From Bilabrum cf. latius (taxonomy: Eukaryota): DNA of 64,000 nucleotides. Position numbers and translations under genes: made by a program. Location: positions 62,001-126,000 of the forward strand of contig OZ237771.1 of NCBI GenBank assembly GCA_965178125.1. The letters run 5' to 3'. Under the pieces are notes generated by a model. That model ran no database searches. It worked only from the letters and a program-made list of their open reading frames with translations, and was not told the DNA's origin. This document shows positions 11,471-24,245 of this stretch, in pieces. Position 1 is the first letter of the stretch, and every line of letters starts with the position of its first letter.

Positions 11471-14400
11471 TCACTCGTCAAGCACCTGCGGCTGCGCCAT
11501 CCCGGTCTCCACCTCTGGCTCGCTGTTGTCGGCGCACGTAAAGCAAGTACCCCACTTCAGAACAGACCTCGCGTTGCATGTGTACCCGCTGCACCGCATG
11601 TGCCAGCCGGTCCAAATACCCGTCGCCCAGTCGAGGAAGACGAAGACAGGCAGCTCCAGACCAAAGTGCAGCGCGTTGATGCCAAACAGGACGAGGTAGG
11701 ACTCGTACCGGAGCATGGCCTCGAAAATGGCCGTCTGAACCGTCTCGTAGAACATCTGAACGGATTTGGAGTCGGCTTCGAGACGCTTGACCCATTCGTT
11801 CTAATTTATTGTCAGTTCGCTTGAGAGCACCGACGGGGTCTTCGCCTTGCCTGGGCCCCGCAGGATCCGGGACTCGCCGTCATCAAAGAAAGCGCCGTGA
11901 AGAGCCCCGGTCAGGCAGCTGCCCCTAACGCACAAGAAGGACCTAATCTAAAGCACCAGACTAAGTACGCACAGGGTCGCCATAGAGAGCGTGTAACACA
12001 AGTACGAGAACACCAGGAAGCCCAGAACCATTCCAACGGATGCCACGCTGGGCGGGGCTCCCAGATACGCCACAGCAAGCACAAAGCCCACGATCGCCGC
12101 AATCAGTGCGTAGATTGTACGAGTGCTTGGGGAAGGGACGACGTACATCCTCCTGGATGCATGCTCGCTTGCCTAACTGGGTTCACTCGTGCCTGACACC
12201 CCCCTGCGGTCGTTGCCCAAGCACTACGAGCATCGAAAAATACAAGATGTGACAAGAACCATCAAGGCGTAGGCAAATGACGACAATCCCCAAACGGTCC
12301 ACACATAGTTGGTTGCCACTGCAGGGAGCATGGCAGCAAGCGCGACGAGCAGCATCGCACTGATGATTGCTCGACAGAGCATGGCAGAGGTATGGCGCAG
12401 CTCTGTCTGTCCTTTAAAGGCCTTGAGTGCAAAATCATCGTCCGAGTTCTGTTCCTTGTTTGACGGGAGCACCTGCTGTATGGTCTTGAGCAATTCACCC
12501 CACCACGAGTTGACCCAGTGTGGGTTATAGAACGACAGTCCCACGAAGATGCAGATGGCATTAGTGGAAGCCAGCAGGCTCGTAGCGACGTAGAACCGCG
12601 TTGGCTGGATGGTGATGGATACAACACACAATAGCAGCTGGAAAATCGCGCTGTTGATCATGCGGAAATTGGCCGGCAGCATGCTGTTCCAGTCGAGACG
12701 GGCTCCGGCAGGACCCCTGTTGGTCTGCTGGTACATGGCCTCGCCTGTAAGCATCGAGTCGATGAATGTCTGCCCTACTGCCTGGTTCGTCACCGCGGCC
12801 TAAAGGACAATGGGAGGGTAGAATATGTCCCATGGGAGCCGGTTCAGCTCGCCTGAAGCTAACCTATCGATGAAAAGCTGCAGCACAGGCAAAAAGCCAG
12901 CCTGCACGACCCATGGCGCAGCCAGCGCCAGCCCAAGGTTGCCAAGAGACCGAGGAGTCTGGCCTGAGATGGCCAGCAGGGCAATCAGCACTGGCATAAA
13001 CACGCTCTGCATGTTGGCAACAGCGGCCGCGAGGTAGTAGCCGAAGATGCTTTGGGCCAGGGCAACGATTTTGTGCTGGCTGCTCGCGATGGTGATCTCA
13101 TGCATGTCCCTTGACCTCATCACGTTGGCCGCTCCCGCTGATATCTTAGTCCTGAACAAGATCGCTCCGTTGATTCTTTCTTCGCGGCCTTTGCCGAATG
13201 ACATTGCAAAGCTGTGACGGCTCGTATACCCGCGTCCAGAGGCGAAAAATCCGCTGAAAATGTCTTCGGACAGATTCAGCTGCGCGGAGGCCTTGGAGAG
13301 AGCGCCAGCCGTCGCTCGAACGTAGTGCGCGTTGAAACCATCGGGGTGGCCGTAGTGCATCCTCACACCTGACAGGCGGTCAAAGAATCTCTAGGACAAG
13401 CGGCCAAAAACCGACTCCGCTACAGCCTCTCCAGCTGCTGATGGGCCGTAGTCGGCAGTCGTGATCTCTTCGGGTAAGCCCACGAGCACAGTCGCGTGGT
13501 TTTCGTCTACACATCCATAGCCCGGGACTTGCGTTCGTGGAAACAGCTCAGTTTTCACCACGTATGGAAGCCGCATCATCTCAATGGCCCATGCGTCCTA
13601 GTTGCAGTCGATCGTGAAAATAGCGTGGCCAGTGGCAAACCGAAGAGCCAAGCCGTGGTTGCCGGCTTTGCCTTGCGTCTTCCACTTGCCTGTGCCGAGC
13701 AATACCGGGTAGAGCTGAGGGAGGGCCTGGAGAATGTCCAGGCGGATATGCCCCCGCTCAGACTGTCGCAGCGGTGCCCCGGCCCACCTCATTGCCGCAG
13801 CATCTGGGCCTCGATCTGCCCCTGCTCCCGATGCAGCGCCACCCTCTCCGGTCCCCTTGCCAGTATCAACTCCGCCTCTGCGGCCAGCGCCTGCAGCTGC
13901 TCCCGGTGCAGCGCCACCCTCTCCGGTCCCCTTGCCAGCGTCAACTCCGCCTCTGCGGCCAGCGCCTGCAGCTGTAGCCGATGCACCGTCAACCTCTCGT
14001 TGCCCCTTGGGAGTGGTAACTTCTTTGCCAAAGGTCACCGTCTCGGCGCCCACCAGCGGTTTTCCAAGCCTGACACGGAATGCCACGTTGGCCGCTATCC
14101 CTCCCATGGCAATGCACTGTTCGCAAAAGCTTTGGTACACTCCTAGCCTCTCCAAGTGGAGGAGGGTCTAGCCAAGCAGTTGTTTGTGAAACCAGTGTTG
14201 TTTCTCAATTAATGCCGGGCTGGTTTTAGCTGCATCTTTGCACGCGTTCAAAAAATCAAGTACCTTTTCTCTCTTCCAAGGTTCGGGTGCGGGGTCTTCT
14301 TTCTTTTTCTTTTCAGGGATCAGGCTGATCTCCAGTCTGGACGATATGACGATGTTCTTGCCCCTGATGTGCGGGTGCGTGACCAGGAGGCCGCATATCT

Positions 14401-17400
14401 CGTCTGCAAGTACACCTGGCGCACTGCTGGCAGACTTGGCGAAGGAGAGGTACTCTGGCTACGGAGCGGGACCTCCCGGCTGGTCCCCCGCCGGGGGTAG
14501 CGCTCCCGGCTATCCTTTGGAGAGCTCGAGCTTGCACGCACCTAGTGTTTGATGGGACATCAGCACCTGCAGTGCCTCATTTGCAGCCACCTCTGAGCCC
14601 AGGGATGCCTCGAGGGGGGCAAACCCGCTGGAGAGCCCAATGATAGTGCGACCTACGGACTGAGTCCGTTCAGTTACCCATAGAGCTGCTGCATCGAGCG
14701 CTGCACGGATCACCGACTTGCCTGCCTGCTTCTAGGGGCTCAAAACGCTCGATTCGGTCCAGTAGCTGCTGGACATTACCCGATGTGCATCAAAGAGACC
14801 GTTCATGAATGTCCGTGCGTCGTGGTGAGGGCTCACCCTGTAGCCCCTTTTGCCACCCTTCACTAGCCCAAGCTGCCGCAGAGCGCCCGCAGCACCAATG
14901 GGTAGGTGCTCATCCCAATCGAACCGAAGTCGGAGCGGGGTTCTGTACAACGTACTGATCCACCGCTTCCTGAAGAGTTCAAACTCTCCATGGACGATCG
15001 TTGCCCTCTGGGTCAGCAGGGTGAGAGGCAGGCCTCGGAACTAGGAGCGGGGGCCCAGCTCGTGAAAGATGTTCTAGACGGCGGGTGAATGCTCCCCATG
15101 CTACCCCCAGTTGCACCTGATGGCCTCTTCGTAGACCGGAACTAGAAGGGTAGTACTCTCGGGAGCGGACTCACCTGCCTACGAGCTTACAGAGGGGTCC
15201 GATGCGTTGGCGAGGCCGTCAAGGAAGTCCACGGCTCCCACAAGGTTCCGCATCCCGCTTCGGGACAGGCGCCCGACCTCCTCGGGAATGAACGGTGCTG
15301 CATCTTCCTCCCGGGTCCAGTCGTTGCAGATCGCGCGCTTCGCTCCCGCGCTCAGCAGGTCTCTATCATGAAGGTCGGCGAGGACGCGCCTGAGCAGACC
15401 TTCGTGATTGGACTCCCGCGCTTCTTTCCGCTTGGTCTACTCGTCCTCACTAGACCCTTTAGGCAGGCACACACCGTGGGAGCGAGTCAGGAGCCGCTGG
15501 AGCCCGAGGTGCAGGTCCTTCTTGGTGCCGCGGGCCAGGGCAAATCCGCGACACAGGTTGATACGCTCGGACGAGAAGCACATCCAAGTGACCATGAGCA
15601 GGAAGGACATGACCAGGCTGTACGTCATGGTAGACAGATAGCAAGCGGCCAGCACGCCGTACAGCGTCAGAGACGCCGCTCCGACCCTGCACGCCAAGCA
15701 CTGCTGAGACCACTGCACGCCTGCGATCCTGGATGACAGCAGGAAAGGCGTGTCAGGGAGAGGCGTGCCCTGCAGTATCTCTGCATCGCACGAGTCCTTG
15801 CACATGTTCTCGCTTGTGGCAGTCACGAAGTACTGCGCGACGAGAGAGTACACCACCCCGACAAAGGCCAGCGAGTACGCCAGGTGGGAACCGGCCAGCG
15901 TGCAGTGGTTCCTCTTGTTGGTTGCCACCTCGATCGACGTATCTGGCAGTCCAAGCACGAGTGCAGTAACGCAGCTGCATGTGCCAAATGATGTGAACGA
16001 CCCTGCGTAGGCCCCGTTCGTGGCCTTCATCGGTTGCTGCCCTGCGTAGGCCGCCGGCACAGGATCCGGAGAGCCACTAGGCGCTGCCAGGTCTTCTTTA
16101 GCTTGTTGGATAGCGTCCTGGTTCGTACTGGACTGCGTTAAGAGACTTGAGCTACTCTTGCTCTCGTGGTTGGGGATACGCTGCGCGGGAAATGACTAGA
16201 ATTCCAGGACGGGTGGCTTCTAACTGCGTGTCGTGCCGGATTCCTTCATAGCTTCTAGATCTATGCTAGGGAGGGCCCCGCCATGGCAGCAACACTAACT
16301 CAAACCCATTGCTGCTGCCTTCAAGTACGCCAACAACTCAATCAGAAGTACGAAAAATGCATATAGTACACAGAATGCTTGCCTCTCGATAGGCAAGAAC
16401 ACATCGGCTTTCTTTCCATCTCGAGCAGCTCCGGTGTCGTCCGGCAGATACAGGAGTGCAGCAGCAGCTGCCATGGTGATCACGAAGTCGATCCAGATCC
16501 GCGCCATGCCAACGGCCTGCGGAGAACAGGGCCACCCGCCCGTCGTGGGCGTGTCAGATGGTCGCCTGCACACGGTGCCCCGGGGGCGCCCGAGCAGCAC
16601 CAGCGCCCAAGCGCCCCAATAGCAGCTCGCCTGTCGAGATGCGACTAGAACCGTGGCACTACATATCGCTATGGCCTTGAGAAAGATCCACACACTAGTG
16701 CACAGAGTCAGCATAGCAACCACACGATCTGTTGGACCAACGACTGCAGTTGGAGACAGCTCGTCGGTGTCCTTGCGCCACGCGTACAGCGTGACGGCCA
16801 TCACTACCAGCCAGTACGTGTTGGCGACGTATGCCTGAAACTTCAGAAACGCATCGCAGCACTCGTCAGCGCCTCGAGACTCCGTGAACCTCTTCGTTGG
16901 ACTTGGGACGGTTTCCGATTTGCGGCTGCGGGAGTCTTGCTTCCAGGGAGGGACGGCTGCTGACGGTGCGTCGTACCAGTGTGCCTGCAAGTCGTCGTAA
17001 TTCATGCGATGCAAAGTGCCGTAGGCTGCCTGCGTGGATTCACCCCACGTGGAGCTCAGGTGCAGCCGCTCGTACACCTGCCGCTGCGCGTGATGAGCTG
17101 TTGACCACCTGTTGTGCTTCAGTCCGAGGTACCCGGCGTGCACCATTGATGGTGCATGCGACGAGTGGACCTGCACCTAGTGCGCGCAATGGAAGTGGAT
17201 GAGATCCGCCAGAAGCACCTCATGGTTCTCGGCTAAATGCCTCTCCTCGGTCGTCGCGAGGTCACCCATCTGCATACTTGCGGGCAGCTTGACGTGCAAC
17301 CGCTTCCACGTCTGCACCACGGCCCTTCTCCACACTTCCTTAGCCTCAAGTAGCGGCTAATCCCCCTCACTGTGGATGACTCGCATCATTGAGAGCACTT

Positions 17401-19763
17401 GGTGCACAACAATCGCAGCTGCACTGTTAACCGCGCCCGCCACGGTGGCATCGCCGAAGCCGCCAGAGTATCGCGCGATATCTACCGTCTGCTCGTCAAG
17501 CACCGCATGCGGCTCCTGTCCCTATTGCGTCCCAGGGCCTTCAGTGTCATTGATCTCACCCCATTTCCACTGCACCTAGTACCGCAAATCAGGAGATAGA
17601 TGCAGCGTAGCCATGTCCCGACCTGAAGTGCCCTCGAGCTTGCCACCTTCTTCAATTGCCTTCAAGATCAGCTTCAGTTTCCACGCGGTAGGTTGTGCAA
17701 CACTTTCACCTGGTTGTGTGCCACTTTTAACTGGTTGTGTGCCACTTTCACCTGGTTGTGTGCCACTTTCACCTGGTTGTGTGCTACCACTAGCAGTTGC
17801 TTCCCCAGGCTGAGGCTCGTCGGTCCTGCCCGACTGCTCATTGCTCGGTTTAGGGTCCTGCTAGTCCTGCTCTCCTGTCTGCTCGTCACTTTGGTTTGCC
17901 TCCTTCTACACTGATGCAACTGAACAAGCCATGCATGAAACTACCCATGCAGTCAGTGCAAGGAACATGACGCCGCACGAAATCACGACAGTTGTGGTCG
18001 GCACCGCTGAGTTGTCCTGGCCAGGCTTGGACTGATAGACAGTATTGATACTTTCGATGGCCTTACCGACCGATTCAGCTGCAGAGCTCATGCATGCCTC
18101 GCGCAGCCACCACAGGCCGGTTCGCGACGCCGAGACGTTAGCGCCCCATTGGTGCTTGTCGGTCAGGGCTTCCACGGCACATCTGGCCACCATGGTTGCA
18201 TTGCGCGGCACAATGTAGTTGGTCGAGCCACCGGCGATCAGCTCTAGAGAGGCGTGCGAGCCGTCGAACTGCCGGACCAGCCCCTCTCGCTGCACCGACT
18301 GCCCGACCCCCGGGTAGTCGAACTGGAAGGGATCCAGCTGCGTCTCGAGACACGCCGAATCGAAGGTCCAGACGGAGGCTGCTTCATCGGTCCCTCCGCA
18401 GTTCAACCTCCCGGTTGAGCTGGCCAGACGCCACAGCTGGTCGCTCCACTCGCTGAACACGATGCCGGAGATGATCTGCTTGTTCTTGACCTCGTCGCTG
18501 CTGGGCCACCATGCGTCACCTGCAGCCACAGAGGGTGCGATCCTGTCCATGTACCAGGCCACCTACTCCTACAGATTGGCCGCCTGCTTGTCGGGGCGCA
18601 TTTCTGCGGCCTTGCCGTTTTGCTGCCTAGGGATGTAGGCGCTTTGGGACACGTCCACCACGAGACGGAAGCGGTTGAGAGGCAGAGTGCCATTCAGGCC
18701 GGGGAGCATGAACCGGGGCAGCACCTCACTAATGAGTGGTGTGCCATACCTGTTCCCGACATACAGCATTATCCCATCGTACAGGTCGAAGTCTGGAGCC
18801 GAGTTGGGGTTCCTGATTGTGTCGTGCGACAGCGCGCCCAGTGCACTAGATGTCATCTGATCCAGGTTCATGTGCAGCATCACGGGGATAGACGAGAGGT
18901 CTCGCTGGCCCTCCCTGCCCCTTAGGGCAGACTTAAGAGCTCTCACAGACAGGCGCAAAAGCTCAGCCACGCCCTCTGCAGGGGCAGGGATGTCTCCTAC
19001 GCTGAGGACCATCGGCCACAAGCCGTCCTCTCTAGTGCCAAGCACAATGTAGGGGATGGTCGATGCCAGATTGCGCCTCCCAACGCACTTTCGGAGGCTG
19101 TCGGCAAACTGTGAGGGAGCAGACTAAGGCAAATACAGGACCCTATGCATGCCAAATGGTGCGGGCAACGGCTTGGTTTCATCAGTCTAGTGCGGGGCGC
19201 AGGCGGCAGCATGGTCTCACCAGGCTCATGGATCTCTGCATGGTATTGTCGTCTCCGATGAGCGCCCCAACCGATCAATCTGATTCCACAATCTGCCGCA
19301 TGCCGAGGGCGAGGGCGAGACGCGTCCCGTGGTAGCGAGTCACGTCGCACAGATCAGAGGTGACATGGAAGTGGATGTGGGTCGAGAGGCCAGACTGAGT
19401 GCCAAGAGACGCGCGTACGACAGCGTTCTTCCCCAGGCTTTTGGTGATCTGGCTGAAATCGCGGTTCATGTAGTTGCGTTGCTGCTGCCCGTAGAGCCAC
19501 CGGCTGACAGAATCCTCATTGTACGCGCCTATTCCGTCGGGGGCTGGGATGTATGACACTCCCGCGGTGGCGCCGCGCTGCGTAATGTTAGTCGGTAGTG
19601 GCTATGGCACCTTGTCCGCGCTTACAGCTTTCGGTGGGACTTCGGAGTGCGCACCACGCAACCACTAAGAGGTTCCGTAAACTGGCGCCGCGCTTGCCGC
19701 TGACATGTGGACCACCGCTGCCAGGAGCAGGGCTACCATGGCGATCACAGGCTTCTTATGCAT
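11471..19763 (-). CDS. 1,3-beta-glucan synthase (GT48, FKS/callose synthase family) with N-terminal signal peptide and glycoside hydrolase-like ectodomain
   Basis: One frame from ~19186 to TGA at 11471, interrupted in the parts I translated only by TAG (at least 20). GT48 motifs: GKAGNHGLALRFATG, IFTIDCN(Q)D, ESVFGRLS(Q)RFF, RMHYGHPD, LSKASAQLNLSEDIFSGF, FGKGRE, GEAMYQQTNRG, plus many TM helices. The 5' exons (signal peptide MVALLLAAVVHMSAASA; short introns near 19625-19578 and 19220-19187) are only partly resolved; an in-frame TGA at 19275 needs a further intron. Confidence 0.9.
13822..13975. repeat. 75-bp tandem duplication inside the GT48 catalytic region
   Basis: Two near-identical 75-bp units encoding (AAAGAGRRGGVD[A/T]GKGTGEGGAA)x2 just before the GKAGNH motif. 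Confidence 0.85.
17691..17784. repeat. 21-bp coding minisatellite (SGTQPGE repeats) in the glucan synthase
   Basis: About 4.5 copies of CACCTGGTTGTGTGCCACTTT; in frame on the minus strand as SGTQPGE. Confidence 0.85.
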
Positions 19764-20774
19764 ATGCTTGTAGTGTACACGCATATGGTTCTTGTTGTGC
19801 CGTTGCTTTTGAGCAAAATGTTCTGAATCTCCTGCGAGTGGTGCTTGCACGGAAATTCAAGAAGATCCGGCTGACGCGGCCCTCTCTTGGACGGTACATA
19901 GCGACGAAACCTCCTCCAAGTTGCTACTATACCTCATAATAATAATATGGTGTTAATGAAAGCGCCAAAACGTTCGATATACGCCAAATTCATGCCCTCG
20001 GTGGAGATAGCAAGCCGAGAACCTTTGCTCCCACTCTATGACATGACATGCGTGCAATGATCTCCTTTTGTCCGCCTTAGTGCGTATTTTTTGTATTATA
20101 TCGTTCTCACTTGCGCTAGATGCCATCTCAGATGCCGACGGTAGCACACTGCCAAAACCCTGGTGTGAACGGCGCGCGCGGCCCGCCGGACTCGAGGTGG
20201 AAAAAGTGCGCACAACCAAGAATATCTCAGATCCCCGAAGAAATGTCTTTTGCAACTGGCAGCGGCCTTGCAAACCTCTGTAGTAGCATGGGCGCACCAT
20301 CTATCTGTCACATATTACTAACATGCCGTGTAGAAGAGCGTGTTAAACCGAATACCTCACACTGTGGCACGAGCCTGTAGTATTCATGATCATAATTGGC
20401 ATTCGTTGGGAAGCTTGTGGTCGCACGACCCAAGAGTCACGTATTTATTGCAGTGTCACCAATGTATGTGCAATACACACGAAATTGAGCTTCGCATGAT
20501 ACTGGAGATTCCATGAGCTGAGTCGAGGTTTGTACAACAGCTGGCTGGGGGGTTGGACGGGCTCACTCGTCGATCCGGATGGCGACATTACGTCCACCGA
20601 TATCATATTGGCAATAGGAACTTCGCAGCCGGGCAATGACCTGACGAAATTTAGCATTGCATTCTAGCTTTTGCTGGCTGTTGCTCAGCGCGCCGGTGCG
20701 CTTCAACGATGCCTGACTTGGATCCATAGTTGAAAACTGGCGAGCACTGCCCCTCAGTGCCCATTAAGAACGCT

Positions 20775-21180
20775 GCTTGATTGCCACTCAAGTCTAGCTG
20801 TGACCTCCCAACTTCCTCATCCTCATATGGTCGGGTGCTCCGGTCCTCAGATCCGAGTCACTCGTCATCCACACGCCCGCACCTCCTTCTGCCCGGCCTG
20901 TGCCCCCCCCCCTTCCGATCCGCCGTATCAACCCGATGCCCTACCAAGCATCTCCTCCTGCACTGCTCCCTCACCCGCTTGGTGAACCGTCAGCACCCTG
21001 TACTCCGCCCTCATTCCCCCTCGCCCGCTCCTAGCCGCCCTTCCTGCTCATCATCACTACTGGCCTGATTGACCTTGCTCACTCTCCCCAGTGTTGCTAG
21101 GTTGCATCTGATCCAGCACCTGGAGCGGGTTCTGCGCCCAACGCAGGACCTCAATCTCAGAGACCTTGTTGGCCTCACCG
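20775..21180 (+). repeat. Dispersed degenerate repeat, copy 1
   Basis: Shares TGTGACCTCCCAACTTCCTCA..., CTTGGTGAACCG...TACTCCGCCCTCA and GAGCGGGT..TGCGCCCAACGC..GACCTCAATCTC.GAGACCT.GTTGGCCTCACC with 40495-40963. Confidence 0.75.
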
Positions 21181-21417
21181 GTGCAGAGCAATTGCGGTCG
21201 GGGTGGAGCCGCATCTATACCACACCACCAATGGCATCTCCAACTTGTTCTGACTGTCTCTTCCCAGGACTGCTTTGTGCGAACGGCGACACATCCAAGG
21301 CTGCGACAGTGCAGTAAACTGCCTCGCCACACATCGAACCTCGTCGAACGTTCCTTCCCGGCTGGACGGCAACTTGCAAATCCATCAAACCTATCTTGAG
21401 CACCACTAGCTCCACCA

Positions 21418-23804
21418 ATGAGCAATGATTCCCGTCACGGTTGCTGTACTAGACAAGGATGTGCACCTTTCGTTGGTGTAGGTAGTATCTTGGCAATCGG
21501 GGGCCTGGTCGCCCTTGTCACTGGCATTGGGGTGCGGCGCTCTTTGATTCAAGCCAATTCTGGGAATTCGATTCCCACTAGGCGCGTTCTACTGACTGGA
21601 TTTGGGCCATTCTTGAATTTCTCTACGAATCCTAGCGAAGAGGTAGCGAAGACCCTCCATGGGTACTGCAGCAACCTGCCTGCAACTCGTGCCCACGGCC
21701 CGGCACGAGTGTGTATAGATTCATTGATTCTTGACGTGAACCAAACAGGAGCACACAAAGTGTTTGATATGTTACAAGGGCATGCGCGGAGCTTTGATGA
21801 GGCAGTCCAGTCCGGTGAGACCGCGTGCCATCATTAGCCTGCTCGTGCGGGGTACTGATGAAGCCCCTGGAATTGTAGGATCGCTCACGATGCATCGCGC
21901 TCTTATAGGAGTTTTCAAATACCCACGCAACTGCAGGTTAGAACGAGCTTCCTTTCCCGACGTTTCCATACGACGCCATCATGCACATGGGGCTGGAAGA
22001 CTTCGCAAAAGGACTCCGAATCGAGGTGGCCGCAGCCAACTACAAAGCCAACGATTCCGGAGGACCTCCCCTGGGTCCTCTTGATGCCTCTGCTCCGCAT
22101 CTCCTGGGAACAACGCTGGACCTCGGACTGGTCTCCACACTGAACCTCACGCACCCCATCACACCGCTGCAACCTGCCGATGCCGATCGATCCACCGGCA
22201 GCTGGGGCAGGGGGGCGTCGTGGCCGTCATACACGGACAGATCAATCACCCATGCGGCAGTCATCGCGGCTGACGATGACGGCGACGATGACGGCGGCGG
22301 GGGCTCCTCCCCTCGCCAGGTGGAGGAGCTGTGGAGCAGGGACCCGGGGCAATACTACTGCAACCAGGTGTACTTTTCGTCCCTCATGTGGGTGAGGGGC
22401 AAGGGATTCAGGTCCAATCACACCGGTCAGCTGACTCCTGTCGTGTTTGTCCACCTACCCGCGGCCGAAGTGTCCTCGCCGAACCAGAGCGCGGTGATGG
22501 CGCTGCGCATTGCGGAACTGATTGCGGGGTCCACAGTGCCACCAGCTGTGAGGGCAGATCGGTTGGGATGGGTGGGCACACCCAGGGAACAAGCAAAGGT
22601 CGTGGGGAGGTTCGGGCCGGATCAGGACGGGCCCGCCCCCACCCCTGCGCCCGGGCTAGCTAAGGTGGGAGTGGGAGGGGCAGGCCAGTCACGGACGCGG
22701 CAGGTGCAACACGGTACACTAGAGCGTGGTGGTGGTGGTTTAGGAACTACTGCTACTAGCAGCAGCAGCAGCAGCGCTCAGGTGCGCCGGCACAATGGAG
22801 ACCTCCTCTTCTGGGGGGAAGGCACGGACATCGCGGTGCTGGGGGCCAACGGCCTCCCAGGGCAGGGGGTGCAGGTGGAGCGGCAGGGGATGACCCAGCG
22901 GGGAGTGGTGGTCCCCCTCGCGTGGGTGGTTGCAACCGCCGTGGGCGGGCTGGGCGTTGTGCTGGTGCAGTCGGCCTGTCTAGCCATGCACATGGCTTCC
23001 AGCGGCACGGTGTGCGGCGGGGTGGTGTGCGGGTCGGGGGCCGGGCCCAGGACGGGGGCCGATGGGTCGGGGCATGAAGGGGGAGGCGTCGTACGGTAGA
23101 AGCGGAGCATCGTACAGCGGTTGCAGTCGGCGGGGTCCACAAACACGGACGGCTCCATCCAGTCGTGGAGCGATGGGCCCATGCACGAGGGGACTGGGGG
23201 TGATGGGGGCGGGCGATTCGGGCCCAACGCGGCTGTTCCCCCAGGTGTGGGTGGGATGGGGGCGCGGATGGGGTCATGGAGGGGGGACTCATCACACGGT
23301 CTCAGGATCGGATTCAGTTCGGATACCACCACGTCATCGTCGTCAGGGTCGGGTCAACACCGAGGGGGTCCCCAGGGGTGGTCTTCCGAGGAGGACGACC
23401 TGACGCCCGGGAGGCTGGCGGCGGCCCAGCGGATGGCCGCCTCGCAGGGGGGGAGGTTGGGAGCAGGGCCCAGCGCCCCGCTGCTTGGAGGTGTGACGAA
23501 TGATGCTGCCCGTCGGCAGAGCGCCAGCAGCCGCGCTGGGAGCGGTTTGGTGGCGGTGGGCAGCCAGGGCGGCCGCGGCATGGGCCTGTTCCCCGAGCTG
23601 GTGGGTTCGTCCTCGCCAAGGAACGTTCCTGTTGGGATTGGAGTGGGCTCCCTGCCCGGGGGTGGCCTATTGCCGAGGTCAAGGCACGACGTCACGGCTG
23701 GCATGGGCATGGACGGTGGGGGCGCCGGTGGTGGCGCCGATAGGAGCGGTGGCAGCAGCATGGCGAGCTCCTCGGATGGCGCATCTGCTGGATCCCGAGC
23801 CTGA
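21418..23804 (+). CDS. Pyroglutamyl-peptidase I-like (peptidase C15) protein with hydrophobic membrane segments
   Basis: Motifs RVLLTGFGPF..STNPS, HMGLE, IEVAAAN (catalytic E), SRDPGQYYCNQVYF (catalytic C) and VFVHLP (catalytic H). Intron ~21815-21937 (GTGAGA...CTGCAG). TAG at 23097 joins the C-terminal tail. Stop TGA 23802-23804. Confidence 0.85.
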
Positions 23805-24245
23805 TTATTTGCGTGTAGTGCGTGCTGCATTTTTATTTGATTCGGTACTGCATCATTCGCATGCTGCCAGTAGTGCCGGTGCCTCTCGCCGACGTCTGGG
23901 TACCCAAACCGGAATTTCTGTGCCGAGCCCCCGGGCCGCAGCAGGGCAGATAGTCTACAGAGACAGCGAAGCCCAGATCTGAATGCACACATGAGAGACT
24001 TAGCTACATTATGTATCTATATGCTCTTCTGGGGGGCACTTGACACGTTTGCTTCTCGCAATGGGCTGAGCTGCGCCGTAGTTGCGAGAGCCGGCTTGAG
24101 AGATAACGACAGCTACGAGCTGTCATGCATCGCATCGAGCAGGAATACAACGGGTTAGCTCCATCCAGATTCATTTCATGCAGATGCCTATCCGCCGTCG
24201 CTGTCTTTGCTATAGCTACGGTAGTCGGCTAAGGGAGGCAACTTG

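Noticed and set aside
13391-13600. TAG as pyrrolysine, Leu or Tyr
   Set aside because: Conserved-motif and paralog alignments point to Gln each time, and no pyl genes are visible.
19900-20700. Small gene or endogenous virophage fragment in the more AT-rich intergenic DNA
   Set aside because: Short ORFs with no recognisable motif; the AT-rich stretch is short and fits a promoter/intergenic region between divergent genes.
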